Shown here piece after piece: positions 1 to 11,059 of a DNA stretch of 64,000 nt. The notes beneath the pieces are model-generated. The model was not told the origin of the DNA and did no database searches. It saw nothing but the letters and a program-made list of their open reading frames with translations. A program made the position numbers and the translations under genes. The DNA lies in NCBI RefSeq assembly GCF_003334255.1, contig NZ_QOWU01000013.1. One strand, written 5' to 3'. The stretch comes from Escherichia coli. GTDB lineage: Bacteria; Pseudomonadota; Gammaproteobacteria; Enterobacterales; Enterobacteriaceae. The first letter of the stretch is position 1. Every line of letters starts with the position of its first letter.

Positions 1-109
<109 letters not shown>

Positions 110-139
110 TCAAATTTAAATGATCAGATCAGTATACCG

Positions 140-1462
140 TTATTCGCTGATACGGCGATAGACAGTTGGTGTGCTTTCCGGTGCTTTATCGGCAAGTTTA
201 ATTGCCGCTTTCACCGCTTTCGCCGCTTCCTGCCAGTTGTTTTCGTCTTTCGCGTGGATAACCGCCAGCGGACGCTGACCGTCTACCTGGTCGCCCAGAC
301 GCGCCATATCAGTAAAGCCGACGCTGTAATCGATGGTGTCAGATGCCTGACGGCGTCCGCCGCCCATTGCAACCACTGCCATCCCCAGCGCGCGGGTATC
401 CATTTCACTGACAAAACCTTCGGTATCAGCATAGACTGCTTTCGTCAGCATCGCTGTCGGCAGATACTTCGCGTAGTTCTCAACGAAGTCGGTCGGGCCT
501 TTTTGTGCCGCTACCATACGACCAAAGACTTCTGCCGCTTTACCGTTGTCCAGCACCGCCTGCAATTTCGCGCGCGCTTCGGCGTCATCTTTCGCCAGTT
601 TGCCGGAGATCAGCATCTCCACGCACAGCGCCATCGTGACATCAAACAGACGCGGGTTACGATATTCACCCGTCAGGAACTGCACCGCTTCACGAACTTC
701 AACCGCGTTACCTGCACTGGAGGCCAGTACCTGATTCATGTCGGTGAGCAGCGCGGTGGTGCGCACGCCAGCGCCGTTAGCCACGCCAACAATCGCTTCG
801 GCAAGGGCTTCAGAGAGTTCGTAGGTCGGCATAAACGCGCCGCTACCCACTTTCACGTCCATCACCAGCGCGTCCAGACCTTCCGCAAGTTTCTTCGCCA
901 GAATAGAGGCGGTGATCAGCGGGATGGAGTCCACGGTTGCGGTAATATCACGGGTCGCGTAGAAACGTTTATCAGCCGGAGCCAGTGAACTGGTCTGACC
1001 GATAATCGCCACGCCGACGTCTTTAATAATTTCGCGGAAACGGTTGTCATCCGGGAAAATGTCGAAGCCAGGGATGGATTCCAGTTTGTCGAGCGTACCG
1101 CCAGTATGACCGAGGCCGCGACCAGAGATCATCGGAATATAGCCGCCGCAGGCTGCGACCATCGGCCCCAACATCAGCGAAGTCACATCGCCGACGCCAC
1201 CGGTGGAGTGTTTATCAACAATCGGGCCATTCAGATGCAGGCTTTTCCAGTCGAGAACGGTTCCTGAATCTCGCATCGCCATGGTCAGCGAGACACGCTC
1301 AGGCATTGTCATATCGTGGAAGAAAATGGTCATCGCGAGGGCGGCAATCTGCCCTTCGGAGATAGTGTTGTCGCGAATACCGTTGATAAAGAAACGAATT
1401 TCTTCATCGCTCAGCGCATGACCATCACGTTTTTTACGAATAATTTCTTGTGCGAGAAACAA
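140..1462 (-). CDS. deoA: Thymidine phosphorylase
   Basis: 440-aa ORF; start [29 protein letters not shown] and length match E. coli DeoA as recalled; operon context deoC-deoA-deoB. Confidence 0.95.
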
Positions 1463-1499
1463 GGTAACCTCCCGAGGAAAAGAGTATGAGGCGGCTTTT

Positions 1500-1574
1500 G
1501 CCGGATGCGTCTACGCCTTATCCGGCCTACGGGTAGATACGTCTCGTAGGCCTGATAAGCGCAGCGCATCAGGC
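1500..1574. repeat. REP (repetitive extragenic palindrome) pair between deoA and deoC
   Basis: gccggatgcgtctacgccttatccggcctac followed by inverted gtaggcctgataagcgcagcgcatcaggc; canonical E. coli REP sequences. Confidence 0.6.
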
Positions 1575-1588
1575 GTAAAGCATCTTAC

Positions 1589-2368
1589 TTAGTAGCTGCT
1601 GGCGCTCTTACCGTCGCCGTGACCCAGCGCTTTCAGCAGGCTTGCCAGCAGGCTGGAAGCGCCAAAGCGGTAGTGACGCGCATCTGCCCAGTCAGCACCG
1701 AACAGTTCATCTGCAATGGCGAGATATTTCTGCGCATCTTCCGCAGTACGCACGCCGCCCGCCGGTTTGAAACCAACGGTTTTTTCTACGCCCATATCAC
1801 GGATCACTTCCATCATGATGCGCGCGCTTTCCGGCGTCGCGTTCACAGCCACTTTACCGGTAGAGGTTTTGATGAAGTCCGCACCCGCTTTGATGGAGAT
1901 TTCAGACGCTTTACGGATCAGCGCTTCGTCTTTCAGTTCGCCGGTTTCGATGATCACTTTCAGCAGTACATTCGCTGCCGCGCAAGCCTCTTTACAGGCT
2001 TTCACCAGGTCAAAACCAACCTGCTCGTTACCCGCCATCAGCGCGCGGTACGGGAACACAACGTCAACTTCATCAGCACCGTAGGCGATTGCCGCACGGG
2101 TTTCTGCCAGCGCGATGTCGATGTCGTCGTTACCGTGTGGGAAGTTGGTTACCGTAGCGATACGGATTTCCGGGGTGCCCTGCTCTTTCAGAGTTTTGCG
2201 AGCAATCGGGATAAAGCGAGGATAGATACAGATAGCGGCGGTATTGCCGACCGGAGTTTTGGCCTGATGACACAGGGCGATCACTTTCTCGTCGGTGTCG
2301 TCGTCATTCAGGGTGGTCAGGTCCATCAATTTCAGTGCACGCAGGCTGCTTGCTTTCAGATCAGTCAT
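1589..2368 (-). CDS. deoC: Deoxyribose-phosphate aldolase
   Basis: ORF track 1589..2392; start trimmed to the internal ATG at 2368 ([20 protein letters not shown]), giving 259 aa; AGGAGAA ribosome-binding site upstream. Confidence 0.95.
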   Translation of the reverse strand: MTDLKASSLRALKLMDLTTLNDDDTDEKVIALCHQAKTPVGNTAAICIYPRFIPIARKTLKEQGTPEIRIATVTNFPHGNDDIDIALAETRAAIAYGADEVDVVFPYRALMAGNEQVGFDLVKACKEACAAANVLLKVIIETGELKDEALIRKASEISIKAGADFIKTSTGKVAVNATPESARIMMEVIRDMGVEKTVGFKPAGGVRTAEDAQKYLAIADELFGADWADARHYRFGASSLLASLLKALGHGDGKSASSY

Positions 2369-2412
2369 TTCATTCTCCTGGCTTGTCGCCAATAAAATTC
2401 ACCTTGCGAGTT

Positions 2413-2428
2413 TGTTAGTATTCTAACA
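2413..2428 (-). promoter_or_regulatory. DeoR operator O2 (overlaps deo P2 promoter)
   Basis: tgttagtattctaaca, a 16-bp palindrome close to the DeoR operator consensus TGTTAGAA-TTCTAACA; 45 bp upstream of the deoC start. Confidence 0.7.
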
Positions 2429-2442
2429 TCTACTCCGCAACA

Positions 2443-2464
2443 CACTTCGATACACATCACAATT
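2443..2464 (-). promoter_or_regulatory. CRP site (CytR/CRP-regulated deo P2 region)
   Basis: Minus strand reads AATTGTGATGTGTATCGAAGTG; TGTGA-N6-TCGAA resembles the CRP consensus TGTGA-N6-TCACA; position fits deo P2. Confidence 0.55.
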
Positions 2465-2625
2465 AAGGAAATCTACTTACAAGTTTGCATCACTGTAATG
2501 CGATCTGGTTCAAATAATTCACTTTCAAATGAATGCGTCAGTGGTGGCAAACGCATCAGGATCAAAGTGAACATCACGAAACTTCTTACAATGGCGCATC
2601 ACCTTCGGCATAAAAGGAAAAGAAG

Positions 2626-4176
2626 ATGCCCACTTCTCATGAAAATGCACTGCAACAACGTTGCCAGCAAATTGTCACCAGCCCAGTGCTTAGCCCGGAG
2701 CAGAAGCGCCATTTTCTGGCACTGGAAGCAGAAAACAATCTGCCTTACCCACAGCTTCCTGCCGAAGCCCGCCGCGCGCTGGATGAAGGTGTAATCTGCG
2801 ATATGTTTGAAGGTCATGCGCCGTACAAACCGCGCTATGTCTTACCCGATTACGCCCGTTTTCTGGCGAACGGTTCCGAATGGCTGGAGCTGGAAGGCGC
2901 GAAAGATCTTGATGACGCACTCTCTCTGCTGACCATTCTTTACCACCACGTACCGTCGGTCACATCGATGCCGGTCTACCTGGGGCAACTGGATGCGTTG
3001 TTGCAACCGTATGTTAGAATTCTAACACAAGACGAGATCGATGTTCGAATAAAACGTTTCTGGCGTTACCTCGACAGAACCCTGCCAGACGCCTTTATGC
3101 ACGCCAATATCGGCCCGTCTGATTCGCCCATTACCCGCGCGATCTTACGTGCAGATGCAGAGTTGAAGCAGGTTTCACCGAACCTGACCTTTATCTACGA
3201 TCCTGAAATCACCCCTGATGACCTGCTGCTGGAAGTGGCGAAGAACATCTGTGAATGTAGCAAACCGCACATCGCCAACGGTCCGGTGCATGATAAAATT
3301 TTCACAAAAGGGGGCTACGGGATTGTGAGCTGTTACAACTCACTGCCGCTGGCGGGTGGTGGCAGCACGCTGGTACGCCTTAACCTGAAAGCCATTGCCG
3401 AGCGCAGCGAATCGCTGGATGACTTCTTTACGCGCACTCTACCGCACTACTGCCAGCAGCAGATCGCCATCATCGATGCGCGGTGTGAATTCCTCTATCA
3501 ACAATCACACTTCTTTGAGAATAGCTTCCTGGTGAAAGAAGGGCTGATTAACCCTGAACGTTTTGTGCCAATGTTTGGCATGTATGGGCTGGCGGAAGCG
3601 GTTAACTTGCTGTGTGAAAAAGAAGGGATTGCCGCGCGCTACGGTAAAGAAGCCGCCGCAAATGAAGTAGGTTATCGCATCAGCGCGCAACTGGCGGAGT
3701 TTGTCGCCAATACCCCCGTGAAATATGGCTGGCAAAAACGCGCCATGTTACACGCACAGTCGGGGATCAGTTCCGATATCGGCACCACGCCGGGCGCGCG
3801 TTTGCCGTATGGCGATGAGCCAGATCCGATCACCCATCTGCAAACTGTCGCCCCGCATCATGCTTATTATTATTCCGGCATCAGCGACATTCTGACGCTC
3901 GACGAAACCATCAAACGTAACCCGCAGGCACTGGTACAGCTTTGCCTCGGTGCCTTTAAAGCCGGAATGCGTGAATTTACCGCCAATGTCAGCGGTAACG
4001 ATCTGGTTCGCGTTACCGGTTATATGGTGCGTTTGTCGGATTTAGAAAAATATCGCGCCGAAGGTTCACGCACCAACACCACCTGGCTGGGCGAAGAAGC
4101 CGCACGCAACACTCGTATTCTGGAACGCCAGCCGCGCGTGATAAGCCATGAACAGCAGATGCGCTTTAGTCAGTAA
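2626..4176 (+). CDS. yjjI: Glycyl-radical enzyme family protein, function unknown
   Basis: 516-aa ORF with a C-terminal glycyl-radical-like motif ([12 protein letters not shown]); AAGGAAAAG ribosome-binding site before the ATG; followed by the activase gene yjjW. Confidence 0.85.
3012..3027 (-). promoter_or_regulatory. DeoR operator O1 (deo P1 promoter), inside the yjjI coding sequence
   Basis: Perfect 16-bp palindrome tgttagaattctaaca exactly 599 bp from O2, the canonical O1-O2 spacing. Confidence 0.7.
3291..3306 (-). promoter_or_regulatory. Candidate DeoR upstream operator OE
   Basis: tgataaaattttcaca, a degenerate operator-like palindrome (about 12/16 match) 279 bp beyond O1, fitting the reported roughly 278-bp OE position. 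Confidence 0.4.
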
Positions 4177-5011
4177 GATTATCCCCTTCTCCTGCGTTGA
4201 CGGGCCAGGCAGTCGTCTGGCTCTGTTTTTGCAGGGCTGCAATCTGCGCTGCAAAAACTGTCACAATCCGTGGACGATGGGACGTTGCAATGACTGTGGG
4301 GAGTGCGTGCCACAGTGTCCGCATCAGGCGTTGCAGATTGTTGACGGCAAAGTGGTGTGGAACGCTGTGGTTTGCGAGCAGTGTGATACCTGCCTGAAGA
4401 GGTGTCCGCAACATGCCACGCCCATGGCGCAATCCATGAGCGTGGACGAAGTGCTTAGCCATGTCCGCAAAGCAGTGCTGTTTATCGAAGGGATAACGGT
4501 GAGTGGCGGTGAAGCCACGACCCAGCTGCCGTTTGTGGTGGCGCTGTTTACTGCTATCAAAAACGATCCGCAACTGCGCCATCTCACCTGTCTGGTGGAC
4601 AGTAACGGCATGTTGAGCGAAACCGGCTGGGAAAAATTGCTCCCGGTGTGCGACGGCGCAATGCTCGATCTCAAAGCGTGGGGGAGCGAATGTCATCAAC
4701 AACTCACCGGACGCGATAATCAGCAGATTAAGCGCAGCATCTATTTGCTGGCAGAGCGCGGCAAGCTGGCGGAACTGCGTTTGCTGGTGATCCCTGGCCA
4801 GGTGGATTATTTGCAACACATCGAAGAACTGGCGGCGTTTATCAAGGGACTCGGCGATGTTCCGGTACGCCTGAACGCGTTTCATGCCCACGGCGTGTAT
4901 GGCGAGGCGCAAAGCTGGGCGAGCGCCACGCCGGAAGACGTTGAGCCGTTGGCTGATGCGTTAAAGGTGCGCGGGGTGAGCCGGTTGATATTTCCGGCGC
5001 TCTATTTGTGA
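4148..5011 (+). CDS. yjjW: Glycyl-radical enzyme activating protein (radical SAM, with extra ferredoxin-like Cys clusters)
   Basis: 287 aa; radical SAM motif CNLRCKNC near the N-terminus plus [12 protein letters not shown] and [12 protein letters not shown] clusters; start overlaps the yjjI 3' end by 29 nt. Confidence 0.85.
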
Positions 5012-5012
5012 C

Positions 5013-5436
5013 ATGCCGGATACGGCCTACGGTTCGGCACAGACTTGTAGGCCTGATAAGACGCGTCAAGCGTCGCATCAGGCATTGTGCGCCAACTGCC
5101 GGATGCGGCGCGAACGCCTTATCCGGCCTACGGTTCGGCACAAACCTGTAGGCATGATAAGACGCGACAAGCGTCGCATCAGGCATTATGCGCCGACTGC
5201 CGGATGCGGCGTGAACGCCTTATCCGGCCTACGGTTCGGCACAGACTTGTAGGCATGATAAGACGCGACAAGCGTCGCATCAGGCATTGTGCGCCAACTG
5301 CCGGATGCGGCGTGAACGCCTTATCCGGCCTACGGTTCGGCACAAACCTGTAGGCATGATAAGACGCGTTAAGCGTCGCATCAGGCATTGTGCGCCAACT
5401 GCCGGATGCGGCGTGAACGCCTTATCCGGCCTACGG
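5013..5436. repeat. BIME/REP tandem array, about 101-bp unit x 4 plus a partial unit
   Basis: gccggatgcggcg recurs at 5098, 5199, 5300 and 5401 (period 101 bp); each unit holds two inverted REP copies; ORFs predicted here on both strands are repeat artefacts. Confidence 0.8.
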
Positions 5437-6210
5437 CACGTTAAACAACGTATACGTGTTATTAAGCAACGCTTGCGCAATCTCATCCGCCGGTTCCCGG
5501 CGCAACTCGCAAAGCACGGCAAACACACGGGCAGCCTGCTCCGGGCGGTTAGGCTGCCCCTGAAAACCGTTGAGCGGCATATCCGGCGCGTCGGTTTCCA
5601 GCAATAACGATGCCAGCGGTAATTTTGCGATGACATCGCGGGTTTTACTGGCGCGTGGATAGGTGATAGTACCGCCTACGCCAATTTTGTAGCCCAGCTG
5701 TACAAACCGTTCGGCCTGTTGCAGGCTGCCGGAAAAACCGTGAACCACGCCAGTGCGCGGTAAATCGTGGCGTTTAAGATGCATCGCCAGTTTGTCGTGC
5801 GTGCGCCGTGAATGCAGGATCACCGGCAGATCGTAGCGTTTCGCCAGTTTCAGTTGTTCGTCGAGTAACCACTGCTGCCTCTCAAATTGCGGATCGTCGC
5901 CAAAGAGATCCAGACCGATCTCCCCCACCGCCACCACCTTCGCCGGACGCCTTTCCAGCGCCTGCTGTAGCTGCTCAAGAGACACATCGCTATGTTTTTC
6001 CAACATACCAGGATGCAAGCCCAATGCGGCATACAGCGGTTGATAATTTTCCGCTAATGCCAACACACGGGCAAAATTTTCCGCCTCTGTTGCCGGAACA
6101 ATGATCTTGCCTACGCCCGCTTGTGCCGCGCGTTGCAGGCTGGCCTCTTCATCGCCACTAAACGGCGGGAAATCAAAATGGCAGTGGGTGTCGATAAAAC
6201 GGCAAATCAA
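5431..6210 (-). CDS. yjjV: TatD-family metal-dependent DNase
   Basis: 259 aa; N-terminus MICRFIDTHCHFDFPPF carries the TatD-type HxH metal-binding motif; K-12 synteny. Confidence 0.85.
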   Translation of the reverse strand: MICRFIDTHCHFDFPPFSGDEEASLQRAAQAGVGKIIVPATEAENFARVLALAENYQPLYAALGLHPGMLEKHSDVSLEQLQQALERRPAKVVAVGEIGLDLFGDDPQFERQQWLLDEQLKLAKRYDLPVILHSRRTHDKLAMHLKRHDLPRTGVVHGFSGSLQQAERFVQLGYKIGVGGTITYPRASKTRDVIAKLPLASLLLETDAPDMPLNGFQGQPNRPEQAARVFAVLCELRREPADEIAQALLNNTYTLFNVP

Positions 6211-7280
6211 GCCAGATCCTCATTGTTAAATGTCGGGTCGTTCGCCTGCGGAGCGTCGCTCACTTCGGCAACCAGCGTATCGTTGGCGACTGGCGCAGGC
6301 GGAATGACAATCGATTCCGGCGTCACCACTGGCACCAGATGGCGGGTAAGCGGCGCTTTTTCAGTTAATAGCTTGCCAACCGTGGCGAGGAAATAACGAC
6401 CGCATAAACGCCCAAGTTTATAGTCTTCACGCAGCGCCGGAATCCGACTGCCAAGCGCGATACTATGTAATGGCTTCGGCGGATAAATTTCGAATATCCG
6501 CAGCTTGCCCGGTGGTTTCTCAATAAATTGCTGAATGTCACGATAGCTGGTTTCATGATGCTGCACCAGATTGACCAGCGGCTGCAGGCTACTGTCACCC
6601 AGCCAGCGTTCCATGCGTTTGAACCACTGCGGCGTGTAGTACATTTGTGACGGCACAGTGCGAATGACGACCAACGTTTTAGCGCCCTGCCTTGCCGCCT
6701 CTTTAACCGGAATCGCATCACTGATCCCGCCATCCAGGTAGTTAATGCCTTCCAGCGACACTCCGCTACGATAAAAGCCAGGTATCGCACTGGAGGCGCG
6801 AATCACATCCAGCCAGTTTTGTTTGGTTGGTAAAAAGTAATTCGGCGCGTAGTCATCCTGACGACAGGCGCACATATAAAACGATTTGCCGCTGTCAAAC
6901 AACCGCGCGGCGGTATCCATTTGCAACGGCATCTGGCTTGCAGTGGCCTCCACCAGCCAGTCGAGATCGATAAGATTTCCTCCACGGACAAAGCGCAATG
7001 GATCGAAAAATTCGCGTTTTGTGGTATAGCGCATGATGACTTTGCGCGCGTAACCGGGCTGATTGCAGATAAACGCCGAGAGGTTCTGCGCCCCGGCAGA
7101 TGTGCCGAGATAAAGATCGAAAGGATTAAACTGCGCGCGCATAAACTCATCCAGCACGCCAGCCGTGAAAATTCCACGCTGTCCGCCGCCTTCGCACACC
7201 AGAGCTATTCGTCCAGGCTGGAACGGCCTTAGCGACAACGGCGCAATATTACCAAGCGTTACAGGTATTCGCTGCCCCAC
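6207..7280 (-). CDS. yjjU: Patatin-like phospholipase family protein
   Basis: ORF track 6207..7316; start set to the GTG at 7280 (MGQRIPVTL..., 357 aa) after an AGGAAGG ribosome-binding site; GGGQRG and GTSAG patatin motifs present. Confidence 0.8.
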   Translation of the reverse strand: MGQRIPVTLGNIAPLSLRPFQPGRIALVCEGGGQRGIFTAGVLDEFMRAQFNPFDLYLGTSAGAQNLSAFICNQPGYARKVIMRYTTKREFFDPLRFVRGGNLIDLDWLVEATASQMPLQMDTAARLFDSGKSFYMCACRQDDYAPNYFLPTKQNWLDVIRASSAIPGFYRSGVSLEGINYLDGGISDAIPVKEAARQGAKTLVVIRTVPSQMYYTPQWFKRMERWLGDSSLQPLVNLVQHHETSYRDIQQFIEKPPGKLRIFEIYPPKPLHSIALGSRIPALREDYKLGRLCGRYFLATVGKLLTEKAPLTRHLVPVVTPESIVIPPAPVANDTLVAEVSDAPQANDPTFNNEDLA

Positions 7281-7340
7281 CTCTGCCTTCCTGTTTTTGT
7301 TGTGAAAGAATGACAAAGTAACGCAATTTATTATTCGCTA

Positions 7341-7370
7341 AAACCGCAAAAGCCAGTCCGCTGGACTGGC
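7341..7370 (-). terminator. Rho-independent terminator downstream of ytjA
   Basis: 8-bp stem gccagtcc/ggactggc (7352..7370); on the minus-strand transcript it is followed by a U-rich tract (UUUUGCGGUUUU). Confidence 0.55.
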
Positions 7371-7401
7371 TTTGGATAAAATTTTCTTAATGGTCTGAAA
7401 T

Positions 7402-7563
7402 CTAGGGTCGTTTTCGGCCCATGAACAAACTCACCAGGAACAGAATAATCCCGACGACAAAGACAATTTTAGCTGCGCCTGCAGCGGTACCGGCCAGACC
7501 ACCAAACCCAAGTGCGGCGGCGATTAACGCGATAACCAGAAATATGATGCCCCAACGAAACAT
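7402..7563 (-). CDS. ytjA: Small DUF1328-type membrane protein
   Basis: 53 aa from the ATG at 7563 ([20 protein letters not shown]...) with AAGGAG ribosome-binding site; the longer ORF-track start lacks one. Confidence 0.8.
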
Positions 7564-7689
7564 AAGCGTCTCCTTTACCATAGTTAATGTCACCGCTTGA
7601 TATGAGCGTGAAAATCACTCAATGCGATATTTTTAGTGTGGTGCACATCGCGCCTCCCGACAAAGTTCGGGAGGACGAATTACGACGAA

Positions 7690-8295
7690 TTACTTAGTTT
7701 TCAGATCATTTTTAACGCTTTTCACACCATCTACCGCTTTGGCGATACTTTCAGCACGGTCACTTTGTGCCTGAGAATCGACGGTACCGGAGAGCTGAAC
7801 CACGCCGTCGGTGGTTTCAACTTTCACATGACGGGAAGGGACGATATCGTCCGCCAGCAGTTTGGCTTTGATTTCACTGGTGGTGGCGGTGTCACCCGCG
7901 TAGCCCTTCACCGAGCCTTCTTTAGCGTCGCGAACGTGCAGTTTGTCGCTGACAGAGGTCACCCCTTCAACGCCTTTCGCCACTTTCACTGCCTCTTCGG
8001 CCTGGGCCTGGCTTTCAACGAAACCGCTCAGGGTCACGACTTTTTGATCGGTTTTTACAGAGATATCGGTGCTCTTGATGTTGTCATGATCCACCAGGGC
8101 CGCCTTCACTTTCGCGGTGATGGCGCTGTCATCCATGAAATTACCGACTTTATTCATAGAGCTATCGACTTTTTGCCCTGCGCTTTCATTGGTAGTCTGC
8201 GCGTTGTTTTCCGCGTAGGCAGAGCCGGTCGCGACGGCAGAGGTCAACATTACAGCCAGCAGAGTTTTCGAAATCTTCAGTCTTGTCATAGTCAT
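7690..8295 (-). CDS. osmY: Periplasmic osmotically inducible protein OsmY (two BON domains)
   Basis: 201 aa from the ATG at 8295 ([28 protein letters not shown] signal peptide); sequence recognised as OsmY. Confidence 0.9.
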
Positions 8296-8687
8296 CGATT
8301 TATTCCTGTATGTTTGCTCGTAATTTGAGCCTGGCAACACGAGGTTGCATTGCTGAATAGGGAGAGACTTCACCCTCTACAGAAGTCAATGGTCGCCATC
8401 ACAAAAGCGATGAGTGATGAATAACGACCATTACAGCCTCTGAATCAGTTATTAATATCGGTAGAATGACAATCGACGGCTTTAGATACTGATATCTACG
8501 CATTGAACGGTATTTAACGCCGTCAGAAATGTCATCACTTTGTTAAATATAGATCACAATTTTGAAACCGCTCGGGATATCAGCGAAAACATAAGCAAAA
8601 GTGAATGTTTTAAGAACATTCCGTAAGCGGCTAATAAGGAAGGGAAATTGACAGGGCGCAGCGGCTACCGCGCCCTGGAGGCAAGAA
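8296..8687 (-). promoter_or_regulatory. osmY promoter/leader region
   Basis: 390-bp non-coding interval between the prfC 3' end and osmY; osmY is known to be stationary-phase/osmotically regulated; individual sites not resolved here. Confidence 0.4.
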
Positions 8688-10277
8688 TTAATGCTCGCGG
8701 GTCTGGTGGAACTGAACGTCCGGATAACGTTCCTGTGCCAGGCGCAGGTTGACCATGCTGGTAGCGATGTAAGCGAGGTTATCGCCGCCATCAAGCGCCA
8801 GTTGGCTTTCGTTCTTACGCTTGAACTCTTCGAATTTCTTCGCGTCTGCACATTCTACCCAGCGGGCAGTGGCAACGTTGACTGACTCATACACTGCTTC
8901 AACGTTGTATTCGCTCTTCAGGCGCGCTACCACCACATCAAACTGCAGCACACCAACTGCACCAACGATCAGATCGTTGTTGGAGATTGGACGGAACACC
9001 TGCACCGCGCCCTCTTCGGAAAGCTGTACCAGCCCTTTGAGCAGCTGTTTTTGCTTCAGCGGATCTTTCAGGCGGATACGACGGAACAGTTCTGGTGCGA
9101 AGTTCGGAATACCGGTGAACTTCATCATCTCACCCTGGGTAAAGGTGTCGCCGATCTGAATGGTGCCGTGGTTGTGCAGGCCGAGGATATCGCCCGGATA
9201 CGCTTCTTCAACGTGCGAACGGTCACCCGCCATAAAGGTCAGCGCGTCGGAGATCACCACATCTTTCGCAGTGCGCACCTGGCGCAGTTTCATGCCTTTT
9301 TCATATTTACCGGACACCACACGCATAAACGCCACGCGGTCGCGGTGTTTCGGGTCCATGTTGGCCTGAATTTTAAATACGAAGCCGGTAAATTTATCTT
9401 CGCTCGCTTCTACGGTACGGGTATCAGTCTGACGCGGCATCGGCGCAGGTGCCCACTCCACCAGGCCATCCAACATATGATCGACGCCGAAGTTACCCAG
9501 CGCAGTACCGAAGAATACCGGAGTGATTTCGCCCGCAAGGAACAGCTCTTTGTCGAACTCGTTAGACGCGCCTTTCACCAGTTCCAGTTCGTCACGCAGC
9601 TGCTGTGCCAGATCTTCACCAACCGCAGCATCGAGATCCGGGTTATTCAGCCCTTTAACAATGCGGACTTCCTGAATGGTGTGGCCTTTACCGCTCTGAT
9701 AGAGATAGGTTTCGTCTTTATAAAGGTGGTAAACGCCTTTAAACAGCTTGCCGCAGCCAATCGGCCAGGTGATCGGCGCACAGCCGATTTTCAGCTCGTT
9801 CTCAACTTCATCGAGCAGCTCCATCGGGTCGCGGATATCACGGTCAAGTTTGTTCATAAAGGTGAGGATCGGCGTGTCGCGCAGACGGGTAACTTCCATC
9901 AGCTTACGGGTACGATCTTCAACACCTTTTGCGGCGTCGATAACCATCAGGCAGCAGTCCACCGCCGTCAGGGTACGATAGGTATCTTCCGAGAAGTCTT
10001 CGTGCCCCGGGGTGTCGAGCAGGTTAACCAGGCAATCGTGATACGGAAACTGCATCACAGACGTAGTAATGGAGATCCCACGCTGCTTTTCCATCTCCAT
10101 CCAGTCCGACTTAGCGTGCTGGTTGGAACCACGGCCTTTTACTGTACCGGCGGTCTGAATGGCCTGTCCGAACAGCAGCACCTTCTCGGTGATGGTAGTC
10201 TTACCGGCGTCCGGGTGAGAAATAATGGCAAAAGTGCGGCGCTTCGCCACCTCTTGCAAATAAGGAGACAACGTCAT
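8688..10277 (-). CDS. prfC: Peptide chain release factor 3 (GTPase)
   Basis: 529 aa from the ATG at 10277 ([29 protein letters not shown]1 motif). Confidence 0.95.
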
Positions 10278-10367
10278 AATTCTTTCTTCTTGAGTAAGCG
10301 GCATCGCGCCGCGCTTGTTGAAAACGAAAAATTGCGGCTATTTTACCCATCAACGGGGGGGAGGCAA

Positions 10368-11045
10368 TCAGTGTTTACACAGGAGCTGCTCCAGTTCGTG
10401 CAACGAAGAAACGGTCCAGGTGGGCGCGATGCCTTCTGGTTGCTCGCGATGGTGTGCATTCAGCCAGCAGGTCGCAAGCCCGGCGTTGATGCCACCGAGA
10501 ATATCGGACTCGGCAGTGTCGCCAACCATCAGCACGCGTGAACGGTCAGGATTGCCCGCCTGTTCCAGCGCATAATCGAAAATTTTCTTATTCGGTTTGG
10601 CAACGCCAACTTCTTCGGAAATCACCAGCAAATCGAAGTAATCACGCAGGCCCGTGCGTTCCAGACGTACCTGTTGCAAGGCACTAAAGCCGTTGGTGAT
10701 GATGCCGATTTTGGCGTTGCCACGAATGGCGTTAAGCAGAGAAACCGCGCCCGGCAGCGGCGTGCAGATTTCCGCCATCGCATTAATAAAGGCTTCGTTG
10801 AGTTTACCTGGCTCGACGTTCAGCCGTTCGGCCCAGCTCTCAAACCGCCCGTGCTGAAGCTGTAATGAAGTGATCGCGCCGTTTTGATAATCCACCCACA
10901 GTGGCTTGTTAACGGCCTGATAGTCCTGAAAATCTTCAGCGGTAAAGGTGACGCTGTAATCAAGAAACATCCGCTGCAGGCCGGTGAATGAGTCAAAGGT
11001 AAACAGCGTTTCATCGGCATCAAAGAAAATCCAGTCCCACTTCAT
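10368..11045 (-). CDS. yjjG: HAD-family pyrimidine 5'-nucleotidase
   Basis: 225 aa; N-terminal [11 protein letters not shown] motif I (DxD); K-12 synteny next to rimI. Confidence 0.9.
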
Positions 11046-11059
11046 TATTCCACCTTGTA

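Noticed and set aside
5013-5636. CRISPR array or coding ORFs in the repeat block after yjjW (ORF-track entries 5013..5252, 5087..5353, 5179..5388, 5280..5636, 5287..5607)
   Set aside because: The repeats are about 101-bp REP/BIME units with no unique spacers and no cas genes nearby; the ORFs are repeat-derived, mutually overlapping on both strands, and have Arg/Cys-rich translations typical of REP artefacts.
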